Assembly (NCBI GenBank): GCA_003222815.1
Contig: QHXC01000418.1
Coordinates: forward strand, 111 to 64,110
Length of the DNA stretch: 64,000 nucleotides
DNA from: Acidobacteriota bacterium
GTDB taxonomy: Bacteria; Acidobacteriota; Terriglobia; 20CM-2-55-15
Reading direction: 5' to 3'
This document shows positions 27,901 to 38,668 of this stretch, one piece after another. How positions within the stretch are numbered: the stretch's first letter is position 1; each line of letters opens with the position of its first letter. A program made the position numbers and the translations under genes. Under the pieces are notes generated by a model. The model was not told the origin of the DNA. It saw only the letters and a program-made list of their open reading frames with translations, and made no database searches.

Positions 27901-29775
27901 ATGTGTGGAATCGCAGGCATTTTTGATTTCAATAGGGCACCCGTAGACCGGCAACGGTTGGAAACGATGACGTCCGTCATCGCCCACCGTGGCCCGGATG
28001 GTGCCGGCGTGTTTCTCGGTCAGGGTATCGGACTCGGTCACCGGCGACTCAGCATTATTGATTTGGAAGGCGGCGCGCAGCCGCTGGCAAATGAAAATGG
28101 ATCACTCCAAGTTGTCTTCAACGGTGAAATTTACAACTATGTGGAGTTGCGCGCAGAGCTGATCGCCAATGGGCACAGGTTCCGAACCGCATCCGACACC
28201 GAAGTGATTGTTCACGGTTATGAGGAATGGGGAAGGGAGTGCGTCGCCCATTTCAATGGCATGTTCGCGTTTGCGCTATGGGATGGCAATCGCCGGGTGT
28301 TGTTCCTGGCGCGCGATCATCTCGGTATCAAGCCGTTGTATTACACGCGCATTGGCAATGCGATGTACTTTGCCTCAGAGATCAAATCACTTCTCACCCA
28401 CCCCGAATGCGAACGCCGGATAGATGTTGATGCGCTCGCGCAGTTGTTCACGCTTCGCTATGTTCCATCGCCTAAGACATTATTCTCAGGTATTAGAAAG
28501 TTACCGCCTGCGCACTCGGCGATCATTAGTGAAACGGGTATTAAGCTCGAGCGCTACTGGAATCAACCGCCCCGTGTGCGCTGCGGTCGGTCCGAAGGAG
28601 AATTGGTTGAGGAGTATCGCGGCCTGTTGCAGGATACAGTGCGGCTGCAAATGCGCAGCGACGTCCCCGTGGGACTCTTCTTGAGCTCGGGCATTGATTC
28701 GGGTGTTCTTTTGGCCCTGATGAGCGAGCATACTCACGCGCCGGTACACACGTTTACGATCGGTTTCGAAGGTGGTGAACGCACTAACGAAATCAGTGCT
28801 GCGCGAGCGCTGGCGACACACTATGGGAGTGATCATTCGGAAATGGTTATCGGACCCGCGGACTACCGTCAATACTACGAGCGGTATCTTTGGGATCTTG
28901 AAGAGCCTGTCGGGAACGAGAGTGCCGTCGCCTCCTATTTTCTGAGCATGCTCGCGCGCCGCAAGGTGAAGGTCGCGTTGACGGGGCAGGGCGCCGATGA
29001 ACCCTGGGCAGGTTATGACCGTCACCGCGGCGCGAGGTTTTCCACCGCGTATGCAGGACTGCCGCACGTGGTCACCGCCGGGATTATCCGGCCATTGGTG
29101 GAACGATTCTCAAAAAGCGAAAAATTGCGGCGTGCCGTCGTTTCGTTGGATGAACCAGATCTATTGAGCCGGTTCGTAAAGATTTATTCCTTTTATAGTG
29201 AAGATATGAAGCAGCAGCTGTTCCAGCCATGGCTCCGCGAACAGGTGTCCGCTGACGGAGTCGAAGCGAAGCGCGCATTGCGCAGTTTGCACGCAGAGGT
29301 GGCGTCACTGGACCCACTAACCCAGATTTTGTACCTCGATACGCGAACCAACCTTCCAGACGATCTTCTCATGGTCGGCGACAAGACATCCATGGCGCAT
29401 TCACTGGAAGCTCGTGTGCCGCTGCTGGATTACAGGATCGTCGAGTTCGTGGAAAGTCTACAACCTGCGATGCGACTGCATGGGTTGTGTGCGAAGTACC
29501 TGCACAAGAAGGCGGTGGAGAAGTGGCTGCCCAAAGATGTGGTGTACCGCCGAAAAAATGGCTTTGCCAACCCGGTCGACCAATGGCTGCGCAGTTCAAT
29601 GGCGAAATATGTGCAGGACTGCCTGTTGACCGAAAGCTCTGCGAGCAACCGATACTTCAATCCGGCGTACATCCGCCGACTCCTGGTGGATCACGCCGCC
29701 GGCGAACAGAACTACATGCGGCAGATATATCTTCTCATCTCCTTCGAACTCTGGCACCAGAGATTCCTCAATTAG
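27901..29775 (+). CDS. asnB: Asparagine synthase (glutamine-hydrolysing) family amidotransferase
   Basis: MCGIAG, HRGPD, NGEIYN, FLSSGIDS, LTGQGADE, SLEARVP. Confidence 0.93.
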   Translation: MCGIAGIFDFNRAPVDRQRLETMTSVIAHRGPDGAGVFLGQGIGLGHRRLSIIDLEGGAQPLANENGSLQVVFNGEIYNYVELRAELIANGHRFRTASDTEVIVHGYEEWGRECVAHFNGMFAFALWDGNRRVLFLARDHLGIKPLYYTRIGNAMYFASEIKSLLTHPECERRIDVDALAQLFTLRYVPSPKTLFSGIRKLPPAHSAIISETGIKLERYWNQPPRVRCGRSEGELVEEYRGLLQDTVRLQMRSDVPVGLFLSSGIDSGVLLALMSEHTHAPVHTFTIGFEGGERTNEISAARALATHYGSDHSEMVIGPADYRQYYERYLWDLEEPVGNESAVASYFLSMLARRKVKVALTGQGADEPWAGYDRHRGARFSTAYAGLPHVVTAGIIRPLVERFSKSEKLRRAVVSLDEPDLLSRFVKIYSFYSEDMKQQLFQPWLREQVSADGVEAKRALRSLHAEVASLDPLTQILYLDTRTNLPDDLLMVGDKTSMAHSLEARVPLLDYRIVEFVESLQPAMRLHGLCAKYLHKKAVEKWLPKDVVYRRKNGFANPVDQWLRSSMAKYVQDCLLTESSASNRYFNPAYIRRLLVDHAAGEQNYMRQIYLLISFELWHQRFLN

Positions 29776-29927
29776 TGATTCGTAGATATTTCAATTAGGA
29801 AAAAGACACCGGATAAGATCCACCGGTGGGGCAGTTCGTTAGGATTGGAACCACCGACAAATAACTTCTTAACTCCCTGGAAACGTCGCGTCGGGATAGA
29901 ATACCGGTTCACACTCAGGAGGCGCAT

Positions 29928-31169
29928 ATGACGAAGAACTCTTTATTCGGGCTTTTGATGGCGATGGTTTTCTGCTCGATCGTTTCGGCTCAGGGTCAGG
30001 GCGGGCAGCCAGCCCGTTCGTTGCCCGAAGGTAACGGAAAAAGTATCGTTGAGACCGCCTGCACCACTTGCCACGCGGTCACGATGATAACGAACGCGGG
30101 GCACACTTCCGCTGACTGGAAGCTCCTCATGGAGCGTATGGTGTCGGCCGGCGCCGAGGTTCCGCCGAATCAGATCGCCATGGTGACGGATTACCTGGCA
30201 AAGAGCTTTCCGGAAGGAGATGTGCCCAAGGCTGTCATCATTCCGGGGCCTGTCAAGGTGAGCTTCAAGGAATGGACGGTGCCCACCGTGGGCTCGCGGC
30301 CGCATGATCCGCTGGCGACGCACGACGGCTACCTCTGGTACTCCGGGCAGTATGCGAACGTTCTCGGCCGCGTGGATACCAAGACTGGTGAGATCAAGGA
30401 ATTTCGTCCGGTGACGCCGCGCTCGGGGCCACACGGTCTGGTGGAAGACAAGGACGGCAACATTTGGTTCACAGCGAACTTCAAGGGCTATATCGGCAAG
30501 CTCGATCCCAAGACCAACAAGTTCTCCGAATTCAAACTGCCGGCCGAGGCGCGCGATCCGCACACGCCGCTCTTCGATCAGAAGGGCACTCTGTGGTTTA
30601 CGGTGCAGGGAGCCAACAGAGTGGGCAGGCTCAATCCCAATACGGGCGAGATCAAGCTTGTGGAATCGCCCACGCCGCGGTCCCTTCCCTACGGCATGGT
30701 GGTCGATTCCAAGGGGACTCCATATTACTGCGAGTTCGGGGCGCCGAAGATTGCGGCGATCGATCCGAACACGATGGCGATCAAGGAGTGGACTCTCAAA
30801 GATCCCGAAGCGCGTCCGCGGCGCATCGCGATCACCAGCGACGACATGATTTATTACGCGGATTATGCGCGTGGCTACTTGGGCCGGCTCGATCCGAAGA
30901 CCGGCGCCATGAAGGAATGGCCGTCCCCGGGCGGGCCGAGGTCGCAGCCCTATGGAATTACATTCCTCAACGGAGTCATCTGGTACAACGAATCGGCGGT
31001 GAAACCGAACACGCTGGTCCGCTTCGATCCGAAGACCGAAAAATTCCAGACGTGGGCGATCCCCGCCGGTGGCGGCGTCGTGCGCAACATGATGACCACT
31101 CGGGACGGGAACATCGTAATGGCTGAAAGCGCGCTCAACACGGTTGCGCTGGTCACGATCGGAAAGTAG
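29928..31169 (+). CDS. Cytochrome c fused to Vgb-like beta-propeller lyase
   Basis: Signal peptide, CTTCH, repeats RPHDP, GPHGL, DPHTP, IG.LDPKTG. Confidence 0.88.
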   Translation: MTKNSLFGLLMAMVFCSIVSAQGQGGQPARSLPEGNGKSIVETACTTCHAVTMITNAGHTSADWKLLMERMVSAGAEVPPNQIAMVTDYLAKSFPEGDVPKAVIIPGPVKVSFKEWTVPTVGSRPHDPLATHDGYLWYSGQYANVLGRVDTKTGEIKEFRPVTPRSGPHGLVEDKDGNIWFTANFKGYIGKLDPKTNKFSEFKLPAEARDPHTPLFDQKGTLWFTVQGANRVGRLNPNTGEIKLVESPTPRSLPYGMVVDSKGTPYYCEFGAPKIAAIDPNTMAIKEWTLKDPEARPRRIAITSDDMIYYADYARGYLGRLDPKTGAMKEWPSPGGPRSQPYGITFLNGVIWYNESAVKPNTLVRFDPKTEKFQTWAIPAGGGVVRNMMTTRDGNIVMAESALNTVALVTIGK

Positions 31170-31191
31170 TTCATAGAACGATCTGACTATC

Positions 31192-31275
31192 GGGTCAGCG
31201 GGTCATTGAGTCATTGGGTTTTTCGACAAATACATATGCACTTGTCAAACAGCCCAATGACCCAATGACCCACTG
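31192..31275. repeat. Palindromic element built of 8-bp GGGTCATT units
   Basis: CAGCGGGTCATTGAGTCATTGGGTT ... AGCCCAATGACCCAATGACCCACTG. Confidence 0.8.
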
Positions 31276-31323
31276 CGGAAGGAATCGACTACGCCTGCGA
31301 CTCTTCGATGTTTTCTCATTCTG

Positions 31324-33093
31324 TTGATGACTGCCCGTGCGGCGACGGCGCAGACACCCGACGCGCTCTTTCAGACGCGTTGTGCAGGATGCCATAACGC
31401 GGGTAACGCCGTGGGTGCGCCCCTGCCGGACACCTTGCGCCAAATGACCTGGCAGGCAGTTCTCACGGCGCTGGAAACCGGGAAGATGACCGGAATCGGC
31501 GACGGACTAAGCACCGCCGAGCGGGAAGCGATTGCAAAGTACATCGGGACGGCGGAGTCTCAGCCCATTCTCCCGTCCTCCAAATGTTCCGCGGCTCCTC
31601 AACGCCGAACAGGCAGCGCCGCCTCGAATCGGCCCGATTGGAACGGTTGGTCCGATGCCGCGAATACACGCTTCCAACCGGCCCGCCCAGCCGGCCTCAC
31701 CCGGCAGACAACACCGAAGCTGAAGCTCAAGTGGGCATTTGGATTTCCAGGCGTGACGACCGCGTTTGGAACTCCTACCGTTTTTGACGGCAGGGTTTTC
31801 GTTGGAGCGGCCGACGGCACCGTTTATTCTCTCGACGCGCGCACCGGATGCATCTATTGGACCTACGCCGCCGTCGCCGGCGTGCGCACTTCACCCGTGA
31901 TTGGAAGCGACGGAAGATCCGCGTATTTCGGCGATCTGCGCGGAAATGTGTATGCATTGGACGCCGGCACCGGAGCCCTACTCTGGAAAGTACGCGCCGA
32001 CGAACACCCGCTGGCCGTGATTACCGGATCCCCGAAACTCGACTCCGGCCGCTTGTATGTTCCGGTGTCTGGAAGAGATGAGTCCATAGCCGCGACCAAT
32101 TCCGCCTACGAATGCTGTACGTTTCGAGGAAGCGTGGTGGCGCTGGATGCCGCAACCGGGACCCGGATCTGGAGGGCCTACTCGGTTCTCGGTGTGCCGA
32201 AGCTAACCGGACAGAATAAAGCTGGGACCAGGACGTGGGGACCGTCGGGCGCCGCCGTCTGGTCCTCGCCAACTCTGGACCTGCAAAAGAGAGTGATGTA
32301 CGCCGGAACTGGAGTGAACTATTCCAATCCGCCAACAGAGACCAGCGACGCCATCCTTGCATTCGACCTGGATTCCGGCCGTCTATTGTGGTCGCGTCAG
32401 TTCACAGCCACCGATGCCTACAACTTCGCCTGTGTCGGACAGGACAAGACGAATTGCCCGAGAGATCCTTTCATTGACGCCGACCTGGGCAACTCCGGAA
32501 TCCTTCGATCGCTTGGGGGTGGAAAGCGGATCCTGATCGCTAGTGACAAGTCCGGCATGGTGTATGGGCTGGATCCCGATCGTGAAGGCAAGATTCTCTG
32601 GAAGCAGAAGATCGCTTCCGGCGGCGTGAATGGCGGAACCATGTGGGGCGGCGCTAGCGACGACCAGGGGATGGCGTTCATCGGTATTTCAGACTTTACT
32701 GCTGGAAAACCGGAAGTGGGCGGCGGCCTGTTCGCGCTCAAACTGGCGACTGGCGAGAAGCTGTGGAGGACCCCGGCGCCCAAACCCAGTTGCCTCGCCA
32801 TTGCGGGCTGCAGCGCCGCTCAGCCGGCGCCGGTGACAGTCATTCCCGGCGTCGCGTTCCTTGGATCCTGGGATGGACACATCCGAGCTTATGAAACCAA
32901 GGCGGGCACGATCATCTGGGATTTTGACACCGTTCAGGATTTCCAAGCCGTGAATGGAGTGAAGGCTCACGGGGGCTCGATCAACAGTATGGCGCCAACC
33001 GTCGCCGGTGGGATGCTCTATATTACCTCCGGATACTCGGGAACGGCGATGCCGGGTAACGTACTCTTGGCTTTCTCCGTGGATGGCCAGTAG
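31324..33093 (+). CDS. Quinohemoprotein, polyvinyl-alcohol dehydrogenase-like (cytochrome c + PQQ); start may be further upstream
   Basis: CAGCH, LKLKWAFGFP, ECCTFRGSV, GAAVWSSP, GNVLLAFSVDG. Confidence 0.88.
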   Translation: MMTARAATAQTPDALFQTRCAGCHNAGNAVGAPLPDTLRQMTWQAVLTALETGKMTGIGDGLSTAEREAIAKYIGTAESQPILPSSKCSAAPQRRTGSAASNRPDWNGWSDAANTRFQPARPAGLTRQTTPKLKLKWAFGFPGVTTAFGTPTVFDGRVFVGAADGTVYSLDARTGCIYWTYAAVAGVRTSPVIGSDGRSAYFGDLRGNVYALDAGTGALLWKVRADEHPLAVITGSPKLDSGRLYVPVSGRDESIAATNSAYECCTFRGSVVALDAATGTRIWRAYSVLGVPKLTGQNKAGTRTWGPSGAAVWSSPTLDLQKRVMYAGTGVNYSNPPTETSDAILAFDLDSGRLLWSRQFTATDAYNFACVGQDKTNCPRDPFIDADLGNSGILRSLGGGKRILIASDKSGMVYGLDPDREGKILWKQKIASGGVNGGTMWGGASDDQGMAFIGISDFTAGKPEVGGGLFALKLATGEKLWRTPAPKPSCLAIAGCSAAQPAPVTVIPGVAFLGSWDGHIRAYETKAGTIIWDFDTVQDFQAVNGVKAHGGSINSMAPTVAGGMLYITSGYSGTAMPGNVLLAFSVDGQ

Positions 33094-33235
33094 GGAAAGC
33101 AAAACGGCCATTCGGTCAGTTCGTCAATGCGTGACGACCAACTGACACAATGATGCCACCTGACGAGCTGCGCTGCCCCACGCGCTAAATCCGGACCGGC
33201 TGGCCAGGGCGCCGAAAAAGGGGGTCGTCGAAGCA

Positions 33236-33529
33236 GTGGAGGAGAAACGCGTACTCACCGATAGCCAGCGCACATTGGAGCTTTATCACCTCCAGGGAAG
33301 CGACCACGCAGCGACGATGCTGATCGGCTACTTACCGAAGGAGAAGGTGCTGATCGAGGCGGATGTTTACACTCCCGGGCCTGCCAATGCGCCAACCGGT
33401 CCACCGACGAAGGAAAACATGAATCTGTACGGTAACATCCAGGGCCTGAAGCTGGACGTGCAGCAGATCATGCCGATTCACGGCCGACTGGTGACGATTG
33501 CCGACCTGCGCAGGTTGATCGGGCGTTGA
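33236..33529 (+). pseudogene. C-terminal fragment of an MBL-fold hydrolase
   Basis: HAATMLIGYLPKEKVLIEADVYTP, IMPIHG; N-terminal part absent. Confidence 0.65.
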
Positions 33530-33605
33530 ACGCGGGCTAAAGCCCGCGACTACATTGTCGCAACCGCGCTTGCTTCTAACGTAGTCGCGGGCTTTAGCCC
33601 GCGTT
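33529..33605. repeat. GTAG-type REP doublet (REPIN-like), best-conserved copy
   Basis: AACGCGGGCTAAAGCCCGCGACTAC ... GTAGTCGCGGGCTTTAGCCCGCGTT perfect inverted pair. Confidence 0.92.
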
Positions 33606-33621
33606 TCCGGAGGTCGAAGAA

Positions 33622-36360
33622 TTGGCGCCAACGGATTCAGGGATCGAAAAAGGCTTCACTCCCTGGGAGTCCAGAAGCAAGGTCGCGCTTGTCCTCGTAT
33701 TTACTCTGTGCTGGTTGATAACGATTGTGGTCCGCAGCCGATTTGCGGGTAACGGGACCAATCTGGATGCGTCCTGGCTTATAGGGCTGGCTACGTCTCT
33801 TCAGCAAGGATCGATCAGCGGTCGCGATTTCCATTTCACATACGGCCCGGCTGCGCAGATATTGGCTTGGATTGCAGCGTCGGTAACGACGACAAAGTCC
33901 GCGTTCGATGCGTATCGGATAATTTCTGCCTTCTTTTGCGGGGCAAGTGCCTTACTGGTTGCCGCTGTCCTATTGCTCTACGACCGAATTAATTGGAAGC
34001 AAACTGCAGTCGTCTATTGCTCCGCAGTTTTATTGAACCTTTTCTATGAAATCCCTAACTTCAGAGCAGTACTGCTTTTGCTGTGCGCCGCATTCGCTTA
34101 TCGTACGGTGGCGGCCCCGAGCATTCACCGAAAATGGCTTTGGGCCGCCGCGGCTGGATTCATTTGTTTTGTGTCGCAACTCGTAACCCCTGAACTGGGG
34201 TTGTATGGAGTGATAATCGTCGTGGGCACGCTTGCGACGAATTATCTGTTGGGCAGAGATCGGTCCTACATTCTTATCGGTTGTGTTTTTCTCGGGACCT
34301 TCACACTTGCAAATCTCGGGATAGGCGTCTTCTTCAAGGTATCGTCACCACACTACGAAGCGCTGTTAGATTATCAGCGATATATGAGTGAGACAATGCG
34401 CGGATACAACAACACGCTGGGTTTGGAATGGTCAGTCGGTCCAAAGCAGACAATCTTTTTGGCGCTCCTGGCGGCGTACACCGTTGTGACGGCGGCTATT
34501 GCCGCACGGAAGTCTTCTCTCATTGACGCCTGTCTACTCGCGAGTTTGATTTTTGCTTCCCTCGTCTCTCTGAAAAGTGCGCTCGTGCGAAGCGACATCG
34601 GACACGTTGCTCAAGCTTCGAGCCCATTCGTTTTTGTTTTTCTGCTGCTCCCAAGGAAGGAATGGAATTCCCGAGTAGGGCAGATCGCCTGGTGCCTTTT
34701 CGCCTTTGGGCTCTATTTCATTTGGCCGTTCGCTGGTTGGAGTGCTCCAAGAGACTTTCTAAAAGGAATTGATGGAGAGGTGCCCGTGCCATCAGCTCTC
34801 CACGACATTCTCTCCGTCGCCAGGGAGCCTGAAGACTTCTTGCCGGCGGCAATTCTTGGGCCGGAGTCCCGAGCCCGGCGCACCATCCCCATACTCCCAT
34901 TTCCCTATGAGAATTACATTCCAATAGTGTTGAGGCGTCCGTTGTTTGCACCGGTGCTGCAAAGTTATAGCGCGGCTACGGAAGCGTTGCAACGGTTCTA
35001 CATCAAGGCCCTCGAAAGACAGCGTCCCGTGGGCCTGGATGTGGTTTACGGCCTGGATTCGGTCGCGGTCTGGCCTGTTGACGGGATTCAAACGATTTCT
35101 CGACTGCCACTCATTTTCGAGTACTTATACAAGCATTTTGAGCTCACTTCGCCCGCGGAAAATACTGACGGACATTACATTCTTCAGCAGCGAGAACACA
35201 CGAGGGAGGTCGTTTTCCGAGATTTGCCGTTCACCGCAAGCCGGTTTGATGATACGTCGGGAATGCTGCGGCTGGCTCAGCCCACGATGTGTGGTCTCCT
35301 GCGACTGGAAATGAAAATGACATACTCACCAGCGGACTTCTTTCTCAGACCAAGCGGTGTGGAATTCAATATCAGCAAAGGAGACGAGTCCGTGTGGGCA
35401 GGTTACACGCGCGCTCTGAGCATGAATCAGAACTTCGCAACGTATTTCAGTCTTGTGAAGCCGAAGTTGTTCTACAGGTTTTTCAAGCAGGGTCCTATTC
35501 CTGGCAAGAGTTGGGATACTCTTGCATACCGCCCGTGGTCCACGGATGTGTTGGGATCCGCGCCGCAGCAGGTTGAGATCAGCCGGCTTCAGTGCGTTGA
35601 CCCGCGCATGTTTGTTGAAGGTAACCCATCCCTGGAATTATCCGACTATGAGTTACTGTTCTCTGCCGAAATCACGACAGGGCGAGCACAGGCCGGTTAT
35701 GCGGTGCTGACACGAGAATCGGGGCCTCAACCCGAAGTCTTTGTAAAGCTTGGCCGCTCAGAGGGCGTTCGAGCTTCTACGGATGTGCAAGCTGCTCCAA
35801 TGGGCAGGAAGTTTTCGACAAAACTCGATTCCCTCTACGCGAATGATGTCGGTATTGCGCTCGCCAACCCTGGCCGAACTGCGATCGCAATCCGGATCAA
35901 CTATCGCAGCAATTACGCTGAGCAGTCCGCGGCTGTAACACTGCAACGCGGCGAACACATCTCAAAATTTCTGAGCGAACTCTTGCCGGGAACTCCATCA
36001 GAGCCGCTCTCGGGCACGCTTCAGATAAGCAGTGAATCCAGGTTTTCGGTTTTCGCTGGGGCCTTCACAGGCCGAATACGGGCATTGCCCATCGATGCCG
36101 ATAACACTCCGGAACCAACGGATCAAAACACCGTGGTGTTTCCACAGTTTGTCATGCACGGAGGATGGGCCACCGCTTTGATTCTTTCGAATCGCGCGGA
36201 GAGTACCGCCAAGGGAAGAATCGAAATCTTCTCTTCCAACGGTGATCCGATGCCCGTCACCTTGAACGGCATTACATCGAGCACGTACGCGTACTCCATT
36301 CCACCAGGTAACGTGTTCATGCTCGCGCCGGGAGCACGCCGAGCGAGTCCGTCAAAATGA
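33622..36360 (+). CDS. Large polytopic membrane protein, possible GT-C-type glycosyltransferase with periplasmic C-terminal domains
   Basis: LDASW and GRDFHFTYGP in the first loop, many hydrophobic segments, RSDIGH, soluble C-terminal half; next to sugar genes. Confidence 0.65.
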   Translation: MAPTDSGIEKGFTPWESRSKVALVLVFTLCWLITIVVRSRFAGNGTNLDASWLIGLATSLQQGSISGRDFHFTYGPAAQILAWIAASVTTTKSAFDAYRIISAFFCGASALLVAAVLLLYDRINWKQTAVVYCSAVLLNLFYEIPNFRAVLLLLCAAFAYRTVAAPSIHRKWLWAAAAGFICFVSQLVTPELGLYGVIIVVGTLATNYLLGRDRSYILIGCVFLGTFTLANLGIGVFFKVSSPHYEALLDYQRYMSETMRGYNNTLGLEWSVGPKQTIFLALLAAYTVVTAAIAARKSSLIDACLLASLIFASLVSLKSALVRSDIGHVAQASSPFVFVFLLLPRKEWNSRVGQIAWCLFAFGLYFIWPFAGWSAPRDFLKGIDGEVPVPSALHDILSVAREPEDFLPAAILGPESRARRTIPILPFPYENYIPIVLRRPLFAPVLQSYSAATEALQRFYIKALERQRPVGLDVVYGLDSVAVWPVDGIQTISRLPLIFEYLYKHFELTSPAENTDGHYILQQREHTREVVFRDLPFTASRFDDTSGMLRLAQPTMCGLLRLEMKMTYSPADFFLRPSGVEFNISKGDESVWAGYTRALSMNQNFATYFSLVKPKLFYRFFKQGPIPGKSWDTLAYRPWSTDVLGSAPQQVEISRLQCVDPRMFVEGNPSLELSDYELLFSAEITTGRAQAGYAVLTRESGPQPEVFVKLGRSEGVRASTDVQAAPMGRKFSTKLDSLYANDVGIALANPGRTAIAIRINYRSNYAEQSAAVTLQRGEHISKFLSELLPGTPSEPLSGTLQISSESRFSVFAGAFTGRIRALPIDADNTPEPTDQNTVVFPQFVMHGGWATALILSNRAESTAKGRIEIFSSNGDPMPVTLNGITSSTYAYSIPPGNVFMLAPGARRASPSK

Positions 36361-36455
36361 AGATCCTGATTACAGGTAGCGTCGAGACTATTGTTTCCGA
36401 CATTTTCAACTGGGTTCGCGAGAACGAAGCCGACTTGCGACCTATCTTTATCTGA
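36357..36455 (+). pseudogene. Collapsed NAD-dependent epimerase remnant (N-terminus fused to C-terminus)
   Basis: MKILITGS joined to [28 protein letters not shown] overlap with the upstream stop. Confidence 0.65.
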
Positions 36456-36463
36456 GCACGCGA

Positions 36464-37546
36464 ATGTCTATTGCAGTGATCACCGGTTCAGCGGGACTCA
36501 TAGGAAGCGAGGCGGTTGCCTTTCTGCACGATAAGGGAATGAGGGTTGTCGGAATTGATAATGATCTCCGACGCTACTTCTTTGGAGCGGAAGCCTCCAC
36601 TAGATGGAAGGCGGAAGAGCTGAAAAGCAAGCTTCCGAACTATGAGCACCATTCCATCGACATCCGGGAAAGCGACAAAATCTTCCAGCTATTTCGCCGT
36701 CTGGGAAAAGATATCTCGTTAATCATTCACGCTGCTGCTCAACCCAGTCACGACTGGGCCGCCCAAGAGCCGTTGACGGATTTTACCGTGAATGCTAATG
36801 GAACTCTGGTGTTGTTGGAGGCAACGCGCCAATACTGCCCTGATGCGGTTTTCATTTTTACATCGACCAACAAAGTCTATGGCGACAGGCCAAACACTCT
36901 TCCGCTAGTCGAGTTGGAAACGCGATGGGAGATCGAGCCGGCTCATCCCTACTTCAAGTATGGCATTGATGAGACGATGCCAATCGATAATTCCCTGCAT
37001 AGCCTGTTTGGGGTAAGTAAGGCGGCTGCAGACTTGCTGGCCCAGGAATATGGGCAATATTTCGGCCTGAAGACCGGAGTGTTCCGGGGCGGCTGCCTCA
37101 CCGGACCCGCTCATTCGTCCGCAGAGCTCCATGGTTTCCTGGCATACCTTGTGAAATGCGCCGTGACCGGTTCTCCCTATACGATCTACGGGTATAAAGG
37201 CAAACAGGTGAGGGACAACATTCACGCGTTTGATTTGGTCAACGCCTTCTGGCATTTTTTCCAGAATCCGCGCTGTGGCGAGATCTACAACATTGGTGGG
37301 TCCAGGCACAGCAACTGTTCCATGCTTGAAGCCATTAAACTCATCGAGATGATCTCGGGAAGACAGGTGCGATACTCGATTTCGCCAAAGCCTCGGACGG
37401 GAGACCATGTCTGGTGGATCAGCGACGTCTCAAAGTTTCAGAAGCACTATCCGGAATGGACCTATGAATACGATCTTCGCAAGATGACTGATGAGATTGT
37501 CGCGGCGGCTTCGAAACGCATCAAGACCATGGCTCGAGGGACCTAG
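36464..37546 (+). CDS. NAD-dependent epimerase, CDP-paratose 2-epimerase-like
   Basis: [37 protein letters not shown]. Confidence 0.88.
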   Translation: MSIAVITGSAGLIGSEAVAFLHDKGMRVVGIDNDLRRYFFGAEASTRWKAEELKSKLPNYEHHSIDIRESDKIFQLFRRLGKDISLIIHAAAQPSHDWAAQEPLTDFTVNANGTLVLLEATRQYCPDAVFIFTSTNKVYGDRPNTLPLVELETRWEIEPAHPYFKYGIDETMPIDNSLHSLFGVSKAAADLLAQEYGQYFGLKTGVFRGGCLTGPAHSSAELHGFLAYLVKCAVTGSPYTIYGYKGKQVRDNIHAFDLVNAFWHFFQNPRCGEIYNIGGSRHSNCSMLEAIKLIEMISGRQVRYSISPKPRTGDHVWWISDVSKFQKHYPEWTYEYDLRKMTDEIVAAASKRIKTMARGT

Positions 37547-37547
37547 G

Positions 37548-38345
37548 ATGAAGCTTTGTGTCGTCATCCCAGCACATAACGAACGCGAGAACATTGAACC
37601 GACTGTCCAGGAACTGCGCAGATGTCTCGCATCGGAGTCCGTTACCCATGAGATCCTCATCATCAACGACCATTCAACTGACGGAACGGAAGCTGTGCTG
37701 GTTCGACTGTGCAATAAATTTCCAAGCATTCGATACCTGAACAACCCGTATTCACCAGGTTTCGGTTTGGCTGTACGTTGCGGCCTGGAGAACTTCACGG
37801 GCGATGCCGTTGCTCTTTACATGGCAGACGCCTCCGATCGCCCGGAGGATCTGGTGACCTTTTTCCGAACAATGATGATCGAGGGAGTCGATTGTGTGTT
37901 TGGATCGCGATTCAGTAAAGGCGGACGGTTGGTGGATTACCCATTTCCAAAGCTGATCTTTAACCGCCTCGGGAACCATTTCGTGCGATTACTTTTCCGT
38001 CTTCGCTACGACGACGTTACGAATGCCTTCAAGCTTTACAAGCGCCACGTGATCGAGGGCGTAAAGCCTATCCTGAGCCAGCACTTTAATCTCACCGTCG
38101 AGCTGCCTCTGAAAGCCATCATCCGCGGATACAGCTACTCGATCGTCCCCAACCAGTGGGTCAATCGGAAGACGGGTGAGTCTAAATTGAAAATCAAGGA
38201 AATGGGATCTCGTTATCTCTTCATCGTCCTTTACTGCTTTATCGAAAAGTGGCTCTCACGCGGCGATTACCACTCCAGAGCCACTCCTTTTCGTCACGCG
38301 GAAGGAACGAAGTCCGAAGCAGCGGGAAAGAGCAACAAGGTTTAA
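37548..38345 (+). CDS. GT2 glycosyltransferase (polyprenol-phosphate glycosyltransferase-like)
   Basis: VVIPAHNE, NDHSTDGT, MADASD, FGSRF, DVTNAFKLY. Confidence 0.9.
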   Translation: MKLCVVIPAHNERENIEPTVQELRRCLASESVTHEILIINDHSTDGTEAVLVRLCNKFPSIRYLNNPYSPGFGLAVRCGLENFTGDAVALYMADASDRPEDLVTFFRTMMIEGVDCVFGSRFSKGGRLVDYPFPKLIFNRLGNHFVRLLFRLRYDDVTNAFKLYKRHVIEGVKPILSQHFNLTVELPLKAIIRGYSYSIVPNQWVNRKTGESKLKIKEMGSRYLFIVLYCFIEKWLSRGDYHSRATPFRHAEGTKSEAAGKSNKV

Positions 38346-38379
38346 GGGCAGGATGTTGCGCCAACCTTTCGGCTGAGCC

Positions 38380-38405
38380 TGTAGTCGCGGGCTTTAGCCC
38401 GCGTT
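38380..38405 (+). repeat. Single GTAG-type REP
   Basis: TGTAGTCGCGGGCTTTAGCCCGCGTT. Confidence 0.9.
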
Positions 38406-38668
38406 CGCATCAACGAAACATGGCCACCTTCAACTGCAGATTTTAGGCTGAAGCTGTTTCAGAACCGGCCTTAGACGGGTTCCCTCGCGAGCATTGATTT
38501 CAAGTTGACAAGAGGCGCGCCAGTAGTATCCAGTAATATGTCGACGCTGTTCCCAAAGTCTGAGGCGGTGGGCGGAGAGGTTTACTCTTTGGCCAGTTTG
38601 CCCGTTGCCCTGTGGCCTTGCTTTTTTGCCCGCCAACTCAAATACCTTAAACGTTGAAAGGAAGCCTA

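Noticed and set aside
29928..31169. Streptogramin resistance gene vgb
   Set aside because: Secreted cytochrome c fusion; the propeller family is broad and resistance cannot be inferred.
38504..38535. Sigma70 promoter for the UGA-containing gene
   Set aside because: Perfect TTGACA but no convincing -10 at 16-18 bp spacing.
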